DNA of 60,941 nucleotides, counting the filler, from Platydemus manokwari (lineage: Eukaryota): the NCBI GenBank assembly GCA_037951405.1. It is 6 parts of 6 records of this genome, joined end to end, with 100 filler letters (N's around TTAATTAATTAA, not from the genome) between each part and the next. Parts side by side here need not be neighbours in the genome. Positions count along the whole stretch, not along the records: positions 41,235 to 51,027 come from JBBMOY011186655.1; positions 51,128 to 60,941 come from JBBMOY011201544.1; 4 more parts are not named here. One strand, given 5' to 3'. Below the pieces are notes generated by a model. It was not told where the DNA came from. It ran no database searches and worked only from the letters and a program-made list of their open reading frames with translations. The position numbers were made by a program, and so were the translations under genes. Numbering within the stretch: the first letter of the stretch is position 1; every line of letters starts with the position of its first letter. Positions 42,466 to 55,100 of the stretch are shown here, in pieces.

Positions 42466-43199
42466 TCAAAACCCAGTTTTAAATGCAACAAGCAGTGCTC
42501 GTGAACGATAATTTGTGTTGTGAAATAAAATTGGGCACAGCTGGAAAATAATATTTTGGTCCAGTCAACTAGAATCCTATCGACGCTTTTATAAATTCCA
42601 GAAAAAGCTACATATTCAAAATAATCAAAATCTGGTTCCATTTATTGATGATCATCTTTCCAAACATAACAAACACATAAAACCGATAGCTCAATTGTTA
42701 TAACTATAAATAAACTATCGAGATTGATACTTATTCTAAAATGGGATACTTGGCAATAGAAAAAAAGTTTGGAAAATATATAGTTATGGTCTGGTGATAA
42801 GTGGATTAGTTCAATACAAAAAGTTTGGCGGATCAATATTCTATTAAAGTAATTTTCAATCAATATTTCGTGGAACTCAGGATATCCTCGAGGAGAGAAT
42901 AAAGGCACCTCGAGTCAATTGTGCTCGACTCATCTACTCCAGCGTTTATTCTGTCCAATAACATCATTTATACTTTTCTTTCAAAAAAGCTAGAAAGGAC
43001 ACTTGTTATCCATGTTTTCGTCCAAAATGGGGGCTTAACAGCCTACGCATTTTTTACAAATTTTGGTTGTTAGATACGCTGGTACTTCAAAAGAAATAAA
43101 ATAAAAGTTAAGGTTTTCAATGTTTTTCAACATATTTACGAATCTCATTCACACGTAATTTTGAAAATAAGATGAATGGCATAGAGTTCCGCGACGAAC

Positions 43200-43600
43200 G
43201 GTGTGCTTGTAAAAGGTTGAAAAGGATTGTCTAATATCGATAAAGCTGAAAAAGAAAATACAACATCAATCAGCATGTCTTACAAAGATATTTTAGATCA
43301 TGGAAAATTTAATTTGATGGTTTATGTAGAATTAAGAAATTATACTAATGATAGCAATCGAACTAAAGATTTTGAGTACAAATTTCAAGTAGCTTATATA
43401 ACACAGTCGAGTACGGTTAATATCATCTATATGTTTGTGTGAATGTGTGTGTACAAAAAGCTTAAAGTAGATTGGAAGTGCTTGTTTCTCTAAGATTGAC
43501 AGATGAATAAAACCCCTACTACTTATTGATGATTCATTGGTTGTATCTGATATTTTTAACCGAACTCTGTCGAACATCCAAATATCACCAAAATTAAGTC
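43200..43600 (+). mobile_element. Decayed Penelope-like 3' end
   Basis: LLIDDSLVVSDIFNRTLSNIQISP resembles the PLE GIY-YIG terminus LLIxESLxI...PxLN...S.P. Confidence 0.4.
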
Positions 43601-45199
43601 AGCTATTTCAAAACGAAACTATTTAGTCTACCAGATCGCTAAAAATAAGCTACGAAGTCACAATTTCGACTAGGCAAATTGCGAGTTTGCACATCTTTAG
43701 TCTTTGATGAATTCAATTTAGAAATGAATATCGAAATATTATTTCTTAATATTATGAGGTTTACTTGTATCATAATCTCAACTAAAAGAGGATTAATCCA
43801 TACATGTACAGATGTATGAAACTAAATACAAATCACTGTTAATACCACGAGAATTTCCATCATATAATACATTTTTCTGTGGTTAATAATAACAATTTAT
43901 CACCACAAATAATGGTGACATTCATCTAATAATCTCAAGTTCTTTGGAATTGATTCCATGGTCATTCTATTTTGAGATATTCTGTTTTACTGAAATCTTC
44001 CTTTCCAAAAATCATTTCCTTTTATTGTGTGAATGATTTACCAGTTCTGCTCATATAGCACAGAGAATCAAATCCGTAAAGATTTTCCATATAGAAAGCT
44101 ATTTTTTTCTAATATTTTTGAACGTGTTTTACATCGATAATATATTAAGTTGTCTGGAACAATATGAACAATGATCGTTTAAAATTATCCTTAAAGTCTT
44201 AACTGGATCATTTTCTACAAGCGAAATACATTTCCAAATGGCAAATCGTTTTCACCACTACCGGTATTTAATCGTCTAGGCACAGATATATCGTTAAAAA
44301 TATATCATATTCTGAATTATTTACAATAGCGCCACTTAAAAGGTCAATGATATCATATCAATCTCATTTTCCAATTCGACATTTTAAAATGGGATCGACT
44401 ATCCATATTTGTTTCGTTTATAGGCAAATGGAACAAATCAACTTTATTCCAAAATAAACCATCGAACCATGATTATTTCTATTTGGAATATCGATTAATT
44501 CTCATTCCGACAACAATAGAATAAAATTTAATTAAAAAAAAAATCGAAACAAAAGTGCAAAAATACTAATCAGTAAATGGCTGCGTTATCTCACTGTTCA
44601 AGTGCTCAATTTTTAATGGACATCTCACATTCTGCAGTTTGGGAAGCAGATTAATAAAAATCCTAAACAATTGAACCTGATTAGTGCTTCCTAAATCTAT
44701 TGTTTGCAACCGAAACGCCTATTAGTGCGTTGTGGGTATAAAAAAAAAATGATAATCGACGATTAGCATAAAAAAGCGTTAACCAGACCAAAAATTCCTG
44801 TCAAGTATGGACGTAAAGGTCGAGAAAAAAAATTTCTATATTATTCGAATCTGTGTATGTAATTTTTAAATGAAGAAAAAGGTCGACGTAAAATTTGAAA
44901 CGAAAAGTACAATTGGATTGATTTTATTACAAAGTTTCGAGAAAGCTAAAACAAATCTTTCATTTTCTTTTCTAGTTTTATCAAATATATTGATTACATT
45001 CAGACGTATTAATTATGATTCCCTAATTGGGATTTGATCAGAGTAACTGATGGCTTTGATTATGTTGAATGAACTTGAATGACCTTTCAATATTAACACA
45101 TACAATATCAATATATAAATATAGATGATTATATTTTCAATTTTATATTCGAAAGCAATTTGCTATTTTAATTCAAATGAACTTTCCGAAATTCTTTAA

Positions 45200-46055
45200 A
45201 ATATGCGGATATTTAGGACAAGATTTATATTGATTTCGAGGATTTTATAATGAATTATATTTGAAAATCTTTAAAATCATATTTTTCTGAAATACTAATT
45301 TGTTTCAATAAACTTTTTATGTCGTGACTTTACAGTTCATTTTCAAACCGTGTTTATATAAAGTTGTGACTCACATGACGACCATGCATTTGGATTCGAT
45401 TCTGTGAATGTCTATGGCATGAAAGTATAAGAAAAGATGAGGAAGAAAAATATTTAGAGAATTTGATAGAGTTGGTCAAGAATATATAGGAAATCAAAGA
45501 TGAAAAAGGGAGACAAAGAATTTTATTTGAAAGAATTTAAAATCATATTTTTTATAAAATATTAATTTATTTGAATATTATATAATTATATATAATTTTG
45601 TTTCGACGCGCTTCAGTTAGTTTCCAAAGCGTGTTTTATAAAAAAGTAACGACTTACAAAAGCGACCGTGAAGATCTATGACATAAAAGTATAAGAGAAA
45701 AAGAGGAAGACAAAGAAGATAAAAAGTAGAGAGAATAAACAGAAACTTTCATTTATATATATAAGAGAGAGAGAATTTAATAGAGTTGATCAGGAATACA
45801 GGGGAAATCAAAGATTTTTAAAGAAAGGAGTCTTATGAGGATTTTAAAATAAATTATAATTCAAAGGTTTTTAAATCATATTTTAATAAATATAAATAAT
45901 TGTATTTAAAAATAATTTTGCGTCGTGACGTTTGAGTTAGTTTTCAAATCGTGTTTTATAAAAAGAGTAGCGACTTACATTGATTATTATTCACGTGAGC
46001 TGCAAGTATTTCAGAAAATATTCATTGAAAACGAATTAAAAAATCACAAGACGTA
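45200..46055 (+). repeat. Diverged tandem array (~280-320 bp period, ~3 units) ending in an inverted copy of the core motif
   Basis: Core motif at 45321, 45603 and 45922. Shared tctatg(g/a)cat(g/a)aaagtataaga and gagaattt(g/a)atagagttg(g/a)tca. Inverted core at 45991-46053. Confidence 0.85.
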
Positions 46056-49000
46056 AAAATGTATTTAAGCAAATAATTTCAACAAATAAATATTTCTAAT
46101 GTAAATTATGAATGTAAATCTCTTTTTTAATTTTAATTCATTTTAAAATCCACACAATTCATTTAAAAAATACTTTACGAGAGGCCGCTAATATTATTCT
46201 ATCATCGATTTCTGAATGGATGATGAAAGGAAATCATAATCAAGCAGAAATGTCCACAATTTCAGGTTATTATTGGATATTAAGGTTATCCTCAACACTG
46301 GTTAAAATCCAATTATGAAAGAATTAAATGATCATTTTATAACGAAGTATGAAAAATCAAATTGCAAATATTTGGTGAGTTTCCTTAGCAATTCAACAAA
46401 ACCACATTTATGTTCAAATTTTTCCAATACAATCAATCCAGTGAAGAAAATTTTTAAAAAATTTAAAACGAGGGGATGGGAGGAGATTTAAAAATTTAAA
46501 AGGAATAAATTTAAATAATTTTAAAAATGAATTATTTTAAAAAAATACATTTAAATTTTAATATTTTATATCTAATGGATTATTTGAAAATTTTCTATGA
46601 AATAATTTTTGAATAATTCAGATATTTTATTTATATATTTTAATATTTATATTCCGGATTGAGATTGCTAATAATTGAAGCTGCCTTGGAATTATTTTGA
46701 TTTGTTTAAAAAATATATTTTTAATAATACATATTTTAGAAACATTTCTAATTCTAACGAATTTCAAAATGTTTAAATAAACCGGCTACTATTAGCGGAT
46801 TTTACACCATCATCAGTTTATACAAAAAACCAAACGAATGATTAAATTGACCTGGTAGTAATTATCAATAAAGATCAATCATACATCGGGTTTAACTAAA
46901 TGAATTACTCAATAATAACCCAGACGAAATGTAATCGAAATTCGAAGAAATACATTATCATTTATTGAATAATAAAGATTGTTGTGAAAAGAATAGGATT
47001 TTCTGCTTCCTAAGCCATTATTTCGAGATGAATAAAAAAATAATTTAATGGCTGAAGCCTAACACGGTGCTTCCGAATTCAAAGTGCTCTACTTCAATCT
47101 AGAGAATCGCTATAATGACGAAAAACAAAGTACAACTAATTTTGAAGGTATTCGTCAGTTTAATTGTTTTAATTCAACACACTAGCCACATAAGACAATA
47201 TGAATACTTAAACATTCATAATTGTTCTTACGTTATAAAAATTATTCAAAACATTCATACATAAAAGGAATATTTTATTGTGAATGAATAATAAATCCGT
47301 CAGTATTTAATTGCTGTAATATTAATTATGCATTCAGCGATTATTTCCTTCAAGCAATCGCATTTTTTCCACGCTTTTTTTTGCTAATTTTCAAAGTTCC
47401 AAAGTAATATCATCTTTAATAATCATCATTATCATCACGGAATTCCTTTTTTCGTTTCCTGACCAAAGATCGGAACAATGTCATTTTATTTACCACAATC
47501 ATAGATTCAAACAACCAACGTAAAGCTTTAGATCAATGAGAGAAAAGGAAAAGTACAATGATAATAATAATGAATCGATATCAAAATATCAATTGATATT
47601 ATTATTATTATTATTAGCTTCGATAAACCGTTATAATTATTAAATATCGACAGTTCAGTTTGTGTTTCAACATCCAATGAACGCTGAATGATTTACTATG
47701 CTATACTGATATTTCTTAAGAATGCATATATTGTTGTATAATATATATATAGAGAGAGAGATCAACGTTCCTACTTCATATCTCGAATTGACTAATTCTT
47801 CAATCGATACTATTCCACCAATACGACATTTTTAAACACACTCACCATAAAAATTAGGAGATATTGTTCTAATTCTTATTCAATAGTAATGATTGTTTCG
47901 CTTTACATGACAAATGCATTTTCTACAATGTCCATTCCAAATTCTATAAAACCAAGTGCACATTTATTAAATCTATTTCACTTTACAATCAATCGCTTTT
48001 TGAAACCCTTCAAATAAGTTCAACCAAAAATCCAATCGTCGCTCAAAAATATTGGCTCATTAACTTCTAACATAAATTTACTACTTGTTCTATTACAGAA
48101 ATAAGAGTAGAGATGAGAAATAAATTAGAATTACTTTCATCGATAAAAGCAATGAGCTTCCCATCAGCTGCTTAAATTTCTCAACATATTCCTTTCGAAA
48201 TATTTTTATTTTCTACAACATTTCTAGTTTTTAATTATGCACGACTATTCTTTAGTAAGACATTTCTTCAATACAGATGATATTCATGGCAAAGGAGAAA
48301 AAATAACATTATTAACGGTTTCAATTCTTGTTTTGTTCAAACCCACATGATCGTTATAATGTTCAAAATCCGTGAGTAATTCTTGAATTTTATTGAGAAT
48401 AAAAAAAACCTTAACAATTTATTCGTAATTCCGATGAAAAGAGAAATTCATGGTAAAACCATTCGTTGATAAACAATCTTCAGTATCAGCTGTATGGTTT
48501 TACATTTATCATCTCCAAAAATCCAATTGAGAACCATGTAAAAATAAAATTATTAGATTCCGTTATTATTGGTGGCATCGAAATATTCTGGAAAAAAATT
48601 TAGAATAACAGAATATTCTAAATTTTTTACAATTCTATTACTCTAATATTCCAAGAATATTCTATTAATTTTCTCAATTTATATTTGACGCTTCAGTAAA
48701 AAGATAAATCTCTTCATTTAATAAAATATCGATATATTAATTATTTTTAAAAAAACATCAATAACTATATTATCATAACCATTCTGCAGACATTGCCAAA
48801 TAACCTATTTATCAATGGTAAACCCTAATCTATTGATCGCATTGCATGCCTAGATATATTTAAATCCAAAGTAAATCGACTTTACTAATACCCCATATAT
48901 ACACCATTTAACAAAGATTCTGAAACGATCTCTAATAATTCAAGTCGAATTGGTGTCTTTATAGATCAATAAATTCCGGAAAAAATGAAATTTAAACAAC

Positions 49001-50616
49001 GGTTCGGAATTGAAGAAAATCCAATGGGTTTAAATCGGTTAAGTTTTGCCAACAAGAAACCGATTTGGAATTAGAAGTTGTTCATCATGTCATTTAGGAA
49101 AGATGGAATATACGATTTCAAATCACAACTCAATCACCGACAGAGAGAACAGAACATAAATAGCATTGGAATTTTATTTTATTTCGTCTACTCCTCAGTT
49201 GGTGTACCTCTATTATTGATAACACATAATTTACAAGTATAAACTTGTCGATCAATGTTCAAAAAATTGCATATCATTGCTCAGATACACAATGATAAAT
49301 ATATGGTTCCATTATTCTATTAAATTTAATTACCTCGATACAATTACGAATTCCACAACAAATTATTATTACGAATTTTAGAAATCTCTAATATGAAAAA
49401 TAAACAAAAAAAATAATTGATTTTTCTTTAAAAAAATAATTTTAGAACCCTTTAAACAAATATGAAATATAATTTCTTCACATTATTATTTATATTAATA
49501 TATATATTCCTAAATATCATTTGACATAAATTCATTGTTTACAATATGGAAAAATATTCCCAACAAAATAATTAACATTCCCGATATAATGTCTATTTTC
49601 AGATGAAGATTATCAATAATCATTTGTCTCAATAAACCGATTTCGAAAATCAATAATTGCACAATACAAACATTTCATGATGAGACATCTCATCACTATA
49701 GAAGCCACATTATTATTGATTAGCAGTCAGAAAACACATAGTTTGGATACTTGCACACATACATTTGAAATCAATCTATTAAATCATGGTTGCTTTAATG
49801 CATGCCGCGCTATCGTCGACAAAATTAGGCCAATCAACCTTTGATCAATTCGATTTGTTCTGCGTAGTAGCTCTCTTACTCAGACAGACATTCATTGATA
49901 CACGCTCTCGCAACTAGACAATTATACACACACACATCCGCTTGATTACTCTGCAAGAATTCAATGCCAGAAAACCAAACACAACAGATTTTTAAAACAA
50001 AGAAATCTACCAAACTTACATTGTTCAGTGAGCAGTACAATAGCTTATTTAGAATTTCTGAATTTCGTTCTAATAAAAAATCTCCATACATTCTGTGAAA
50101 TACACACACAAATCACCTGAAATTTGTTGGTGTGTGTTTTTAGTGTGACTGCACGTGTTAATGACGCGATAAATTCACGATTGAGAAGAATCCTACATTT
50201 TTACTTTTGGAAAAAAAAATCAATAAATCATAAAATTGCTAATTTTTCAGCGTGTGTTTACCATAAAAATATACGAAATGTGAAATTTAATTTGTGCAAA
50301 AAATGATTTTGGTGAACAAAATAATTAATACATTAATATTAATTTATATAAATTAATAATTTCGTCATATGACTGACAAACAAACAAACAAATTTTCTGG
50401 GTGTCATTGGTCCACCACTTTTGTTTTAATTTTCATTATTCTTGTCAAAGTGAGCTTTTTTCTGGTTGTTTTCAAATATGATCGATTTATAAACAAAATT
50501 ATTCATCATTTTACGACGACAACGATTAACGAAAAAATATATATTTGCATTAAATCCCTGAAAAACGGGACAAATTTATTCATAAATATTCGATTAAAAC
50601 AAAAATAGTTAATAAA

Positions 50617-50619
<3 letters not shown>

Positions 50620-50665
<46 letters not shown>

Positions 50666-51027
50666 TATTATTATTATCACTATTATTTACTTATTATTAT
50701 TAACATCATTATTATCGTTATTATTTATTTATTAATTATTATTATTAACATTATTATTATTTATTATTGTTATCAATAATATCAATATTTTNNNNNNNNN
50801 NNNNNNNNNNNNNNNNNNNNNNNNNNNNNNNNNNNNNNNNNNNNNNNNNNNNNNNNNNNNNNNNNNNNNNNNNNNNNNNNNNNNNNNNNNNNNNNNNNNN
50901 NNNNNNNNNNNNNNNNNNNNNNNNNNNNNNNNNNNNNNNNNNNNNNNNNNNNNNNNNNNNNNNNNNNNNNNNNNNNNNNNTATTTTTATCATCGTTATTA
51001 TTATTGTTAACATTATTTATTATTATC
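50620..51027 (+). repeat. (ATT)n microsatellite flanking an internal N gap (50792-50980)
   Basis: Direct reading. Confidence 0.9.
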
Positions 51028-51127
51028 NNNNNNNNNNNNNNNNNNNNNNNNNNNNNNNNNNNNNNNNNNNNTTAATTAATTAANNNNNNNNNNNNNNNNN
51101 NNNNNNNNNNNNNNNNNNNNNNNNNNN

Positions 51128-51264
51128 ACAAATTGCCCGAAAGATGGGGAAATGTTGTAACTTCCGATGGACATTACTTTGGATAACAGAATTGTACAAG
51201 ATTTGCTTTAATAAACAGTCAATTGTTCTAAAAAAATTCCGGTTTTTAAGTTATAGACCCAATA
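51128..51264 (+). mobile_element. 3' end of mariner element (second copy of nt 15-151)
   Basis: KLPERWGNVVTSDGHYFG*, same TIR, then TA at 51263-51264. Flanks after TA differ from copy 1. Confidence 0.9.
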
Positions 51265-51325
51265 GTAAGAAACGAAAAGAACAAGTTCTCATGTTCCTGG
51301 TGAGATAACTTCACCCATTTAATAT

Positions 51326-52140
51326 TGTAACGGAGATTCATAAATGGGAATGTGAATGTGGTATGCATAATGTGCCTTTGCTTGTTTGATTGCATGTTGA
51401 TTATTAATTGCACCATTGTTAATTGCTACTATTCAATTAACTATCCAAGATGTTATTACATTATTTGTAATAAAATGATCGTAATATTTTTAATAGATAA
51501 TTTCGTATTAAAAGTCTTATTACTTACATGGCGATCAACGTCCAGAATTTTTTTAAACCTCCAGAACACTTAAAGTCAAAGATTATTTGGACAAACTCAT
51601 CACCGAAATGAAGATATTTTTTGAATAGGCACAACATCCAACAGAATTTGAAGAAACAATGGTGAAGGCTTTTCTCGCAATTGTACTGTCACAAATATAT
51701 GAGTCCACCTAAGGACTCGATTTTAAAGAGGGATTTAGAAAAGCGTTAATCCCAAGATGAATCGTGTTGCAGATCTTATGTGATATCAAGATACCGGGAA
51801 GAAAAGGAAGAAAACTGAAATCAATTCTTCGAAAGACTCGAGAAGTTAACAAACAATATTATCCGTCATAAATTAATCAAGTCGTCATTGTTAATTTTTT
51901 TGGATCAGCACGTAATTGAGGAAATAGAAATTAAAAAAAACAGTGCACCAAGCAAAAGACATCATTCAGAAAATGGAAGACATTCAAAAAGAAATCGAAA
52001 GGGAAGAATCACTTGCTGCGATTCATAAGGTGTTATATGGGGATATAACAAATAATACAAAGTAATGAAATGCTTCAATAGGGAGAAACCAATTCTTAAG
52101 TCGTCAGCATAAAACAAAAAGGCAGTCACTAAATGAACGA
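51326..52140 (+). mobile_element. LTR (51326-51528) + gag relic of LTR retrotransposon
   Basis: TGTAA...TTACA termini with internal AATAAA, immediately followed by TGGCGATC. gag reads MAINVQNFFKPPEHLKSK/DYLDKLITEMKIFFE*AQHPTEFEETMVKAFL. Confidence 0.8.
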
Positions 52141-55100
52141 TATCAAAACACGTGGAAAGAAAAAGTCAGGAAAAGGAAGACAACACGAACAAACTCGATA
52201 AGACAATAAATCCATATAATGATGTTGATATTGACAAACCAAATAAGCCAATCTCCACTAATACAACTTTAAAAATACCGAGAAACTCCAATATTGAAAG
52301 TATTGACCTCTCAACTGATACAAGGAGAAGCAGAAAATCCAGCTAACTTTTTGCCAGGCCAAGTCAAAGGATAAGAACGTCAGCTCCAATTAGAATCCCA
52401 CTGAGTCCAATCAAAGGAAGAAAGGCTAATGTGTTCGCCGATAAAAACCGGTTGCTAATTGATCTCAAAAATAATTGATGGGATTGCATTGAAGGTGAAT
52501 TCGGTAAGTCAGAATATGACCCCTCAGTGCCAGACAATCTGTATTTATTTTGATTTTCCGGTGACCAAATTGATAATAATATAAAAATTTGAATACCGGC
52601 TGAAATATTCTATGTCCAATCATATACTACTGAAAGCATTGCTGTCCAGCAACTTGATATCTCAGACTCGATGGTATTCCAACAAACACTGAGCAGAAGC
52701 AAAATCTTCCTAACTCCTATTAATGTGAATAATACTCACTGGACGTTTTTTATCGGAAAAAAGATGATGAAATGGAAATAATTTATCCAATGGGAGGCAA
52801 CAGTGCATTCATACTCAGTGCCATGATCAATGCGAACAAACTAAAAGATCTTATCAAATAGTACGAAGAATGGACTAATTCAGTACCAAGCTCACTTCAT
52901 AGTTACCAGTCAAGACAATGTCAGAATAACAATGCTGACTGTCGACCCATCATATGTGGTTATGCATTAAATTTCGTCAAAAATCGCAATATCAATGAAA
53001 TCAATGCTATAGACATTCGAATCGAGGTTATATCAGAAACTGAAAAAGACTGGAGTAAACCAAGAAATATTGGAGGAGGTCTTTCAGAACCAATGCAAAT
53101 CACCAAACACCAAGATGACCACGTACTATTCACAGATATACATATGATCGTACTAGCCAGGAGAGAGATTATAAGCCAAAGGTTTTGAGTAAAGCGCTTG
53201 CCAATAACAACACAGAATAAATCAAGAAATTCCTATCCTTCAAATATTTCAACAATAGAGAGATTATTTTAAGTATGGATATTAGTGATGGCAAACACTT
53301 CAAAGAACGAAATAATAATGCTTGATCCAAAAGGCAACTCGCAGAACGATAAGAAGAAAAGTTTACTAAATAACGTAAATGAAAATCTCTCAATTCTAAT
53401 ATGGAACAAAAAAGGACTTGATATCGTCAAGGCTAACCACAACAAAGAGTTGCAGGTATGTACACAATACTTGCAACAATAGAAGCCTTTTCCGAATTAA
53501 TACAACAAAAATTAGGGTGAAAGCCAGCCAAGCGATTATCGATCATTAAAAACAAACATTGAGGGGTGAACAACTCCGAGATATTCCTAAAGATGCTCCA
53601 AAAGAAACAATTCAGATCAGGCAAAGTCTGGCTTCAAATCTGGCAAATAACTTGGGGAAAGATTCATTAAACGAGACATACAAAAGCATCTGCGAACTTA
53701 TCAAAATTATGATAGTGATTAGACCACCATGACATCCATTCCTAGATAAAGTAATGAATAAAATTGAAAATGAAAAACAGACATGAAACTTCGAAATCTG
53801 TTCAAATTGCCTTTTGAATAATTAACAAATCTACTCACGAAAATACAAGACCAAAAAGGGAAGACTTCGAAATACATTACAGAAACAAACAAGTCGATTA
53901 AATGAAATTACCAGAATGTACTAGACCTTGTGTGACTCAATTTAATGAATTCTGTGAACTAAAAAGGTTTGCGAAGAGAGGCCCTAATTTCTTATTTCAG
54001 ACTTTTGACATTGAAACAATTTATGAAATTTTACGTCAAAAAGATTTAACAGTTCCGGGAAGGAACAATATCGGATATAAGGATATATCTTACACTGACC
54101 CAAACTGTGAATTATTGAAAGTACTATTTGACAAGTTCATGGAGCTAAAAGAAATTCCTAAAGAATGGAAAACATATTCTACGATCATGATTCTCAAACT
54201 GATGAAGGAGGGTGAATATGATAGAGTCGGATCATGGACACCAATCCTCGACTGTTGTTACAAAATACTTACAAAAATCCTATGCCAACAACTCCGTAAT
54301 TGGATCGATGAGAACAACCTAATTCATCCATTGCGAAAGAGTCTGGCGCCAACTGATGGTTGCGCGGAGGTCTTTCCTTTGATATACATCACAGCAACGA
54401 CGGAGATATTGGAATATATGAACCTGGATGAAAATGCTATAAAAACGATCAAATGCCTGTACAACAACTGCTAGACTACGTTCAATTGTGGAGATTATGA
54501 GACGCGAACGATCGAAATGAAACGTGGGGTTCGTCAAGGCTGCCCAATATTAATGTTGTTATTCAACATTTCAATAAACCCAATTCTTGTCAAGATGGAT
54601 CAATATCGATTGGGTGGATTATTATTGCTAATAGCAAAATCTTTTGCCTTGCATATGCTAATGAAGTTACGCTGATCGGTAGAGACGCCAATGGTATATA
54701 ATCAATGATCAACCAGGCTTCCGAACTGGCGACTTCACTCGGATTCAGGTTCAAACCATCAAAATGTGGATACCTACACAATGAAGGAGAAGACTAGATA
54801 ATTTAGAAGTGAACAATGAACCAATTCCAATAATCACTCTGGACAACCATTATCGGTTTATGATTGTGAACTTCTCACTGAAGTTTCACAATTCCACAGA
54901 AGATATATTCAACGATCTGTGAACTACAATTGAAATGCTCACAAATTCAATTCTGCTCTCATAGAAAAACCTCAGAGCATTCGAACTGTTTATCCATACA
55001 AAATGCATTTACGATGATAAAATAACTAAAGACAATCCTGGGTGTATCAAAATATTGCAGTACAAATTACCTTTATGCATCCAAAGACAATGGGGGATGC

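Noticed and set aside
44677-44735. Hammerhead-like CTGATTA...GAAAC with stem III aacgc/gcgtt
   Set aside because: Core G8 is mutated, stem I is only 2 bp, and no sister copy was seen.
45200-46000. CRISPR-like interpretation of the periodic motif
   Set aside because: Eukaryotic context, ~300-bp period with homologous (not unique) inter-motif sequence, and no cas genes.
49181-49200. Minus-strand CTGAGGA-gtagac-GAAA hammerhead core
   Set aside because: Stem II is too short and no stem I or III pairing exists in the flanks.
46700-50610. Short ORFs (49876-50109, 50124-50306, 50369-50608) and scattered splice-like sites
   Set aside because: No recognisable domains or consistent exon chain; probably intronic or regulatory sequence.
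50732-51075. ORFs spanning N runs
   Set aside because: Artefacts of translating gaps and ATT repeats.
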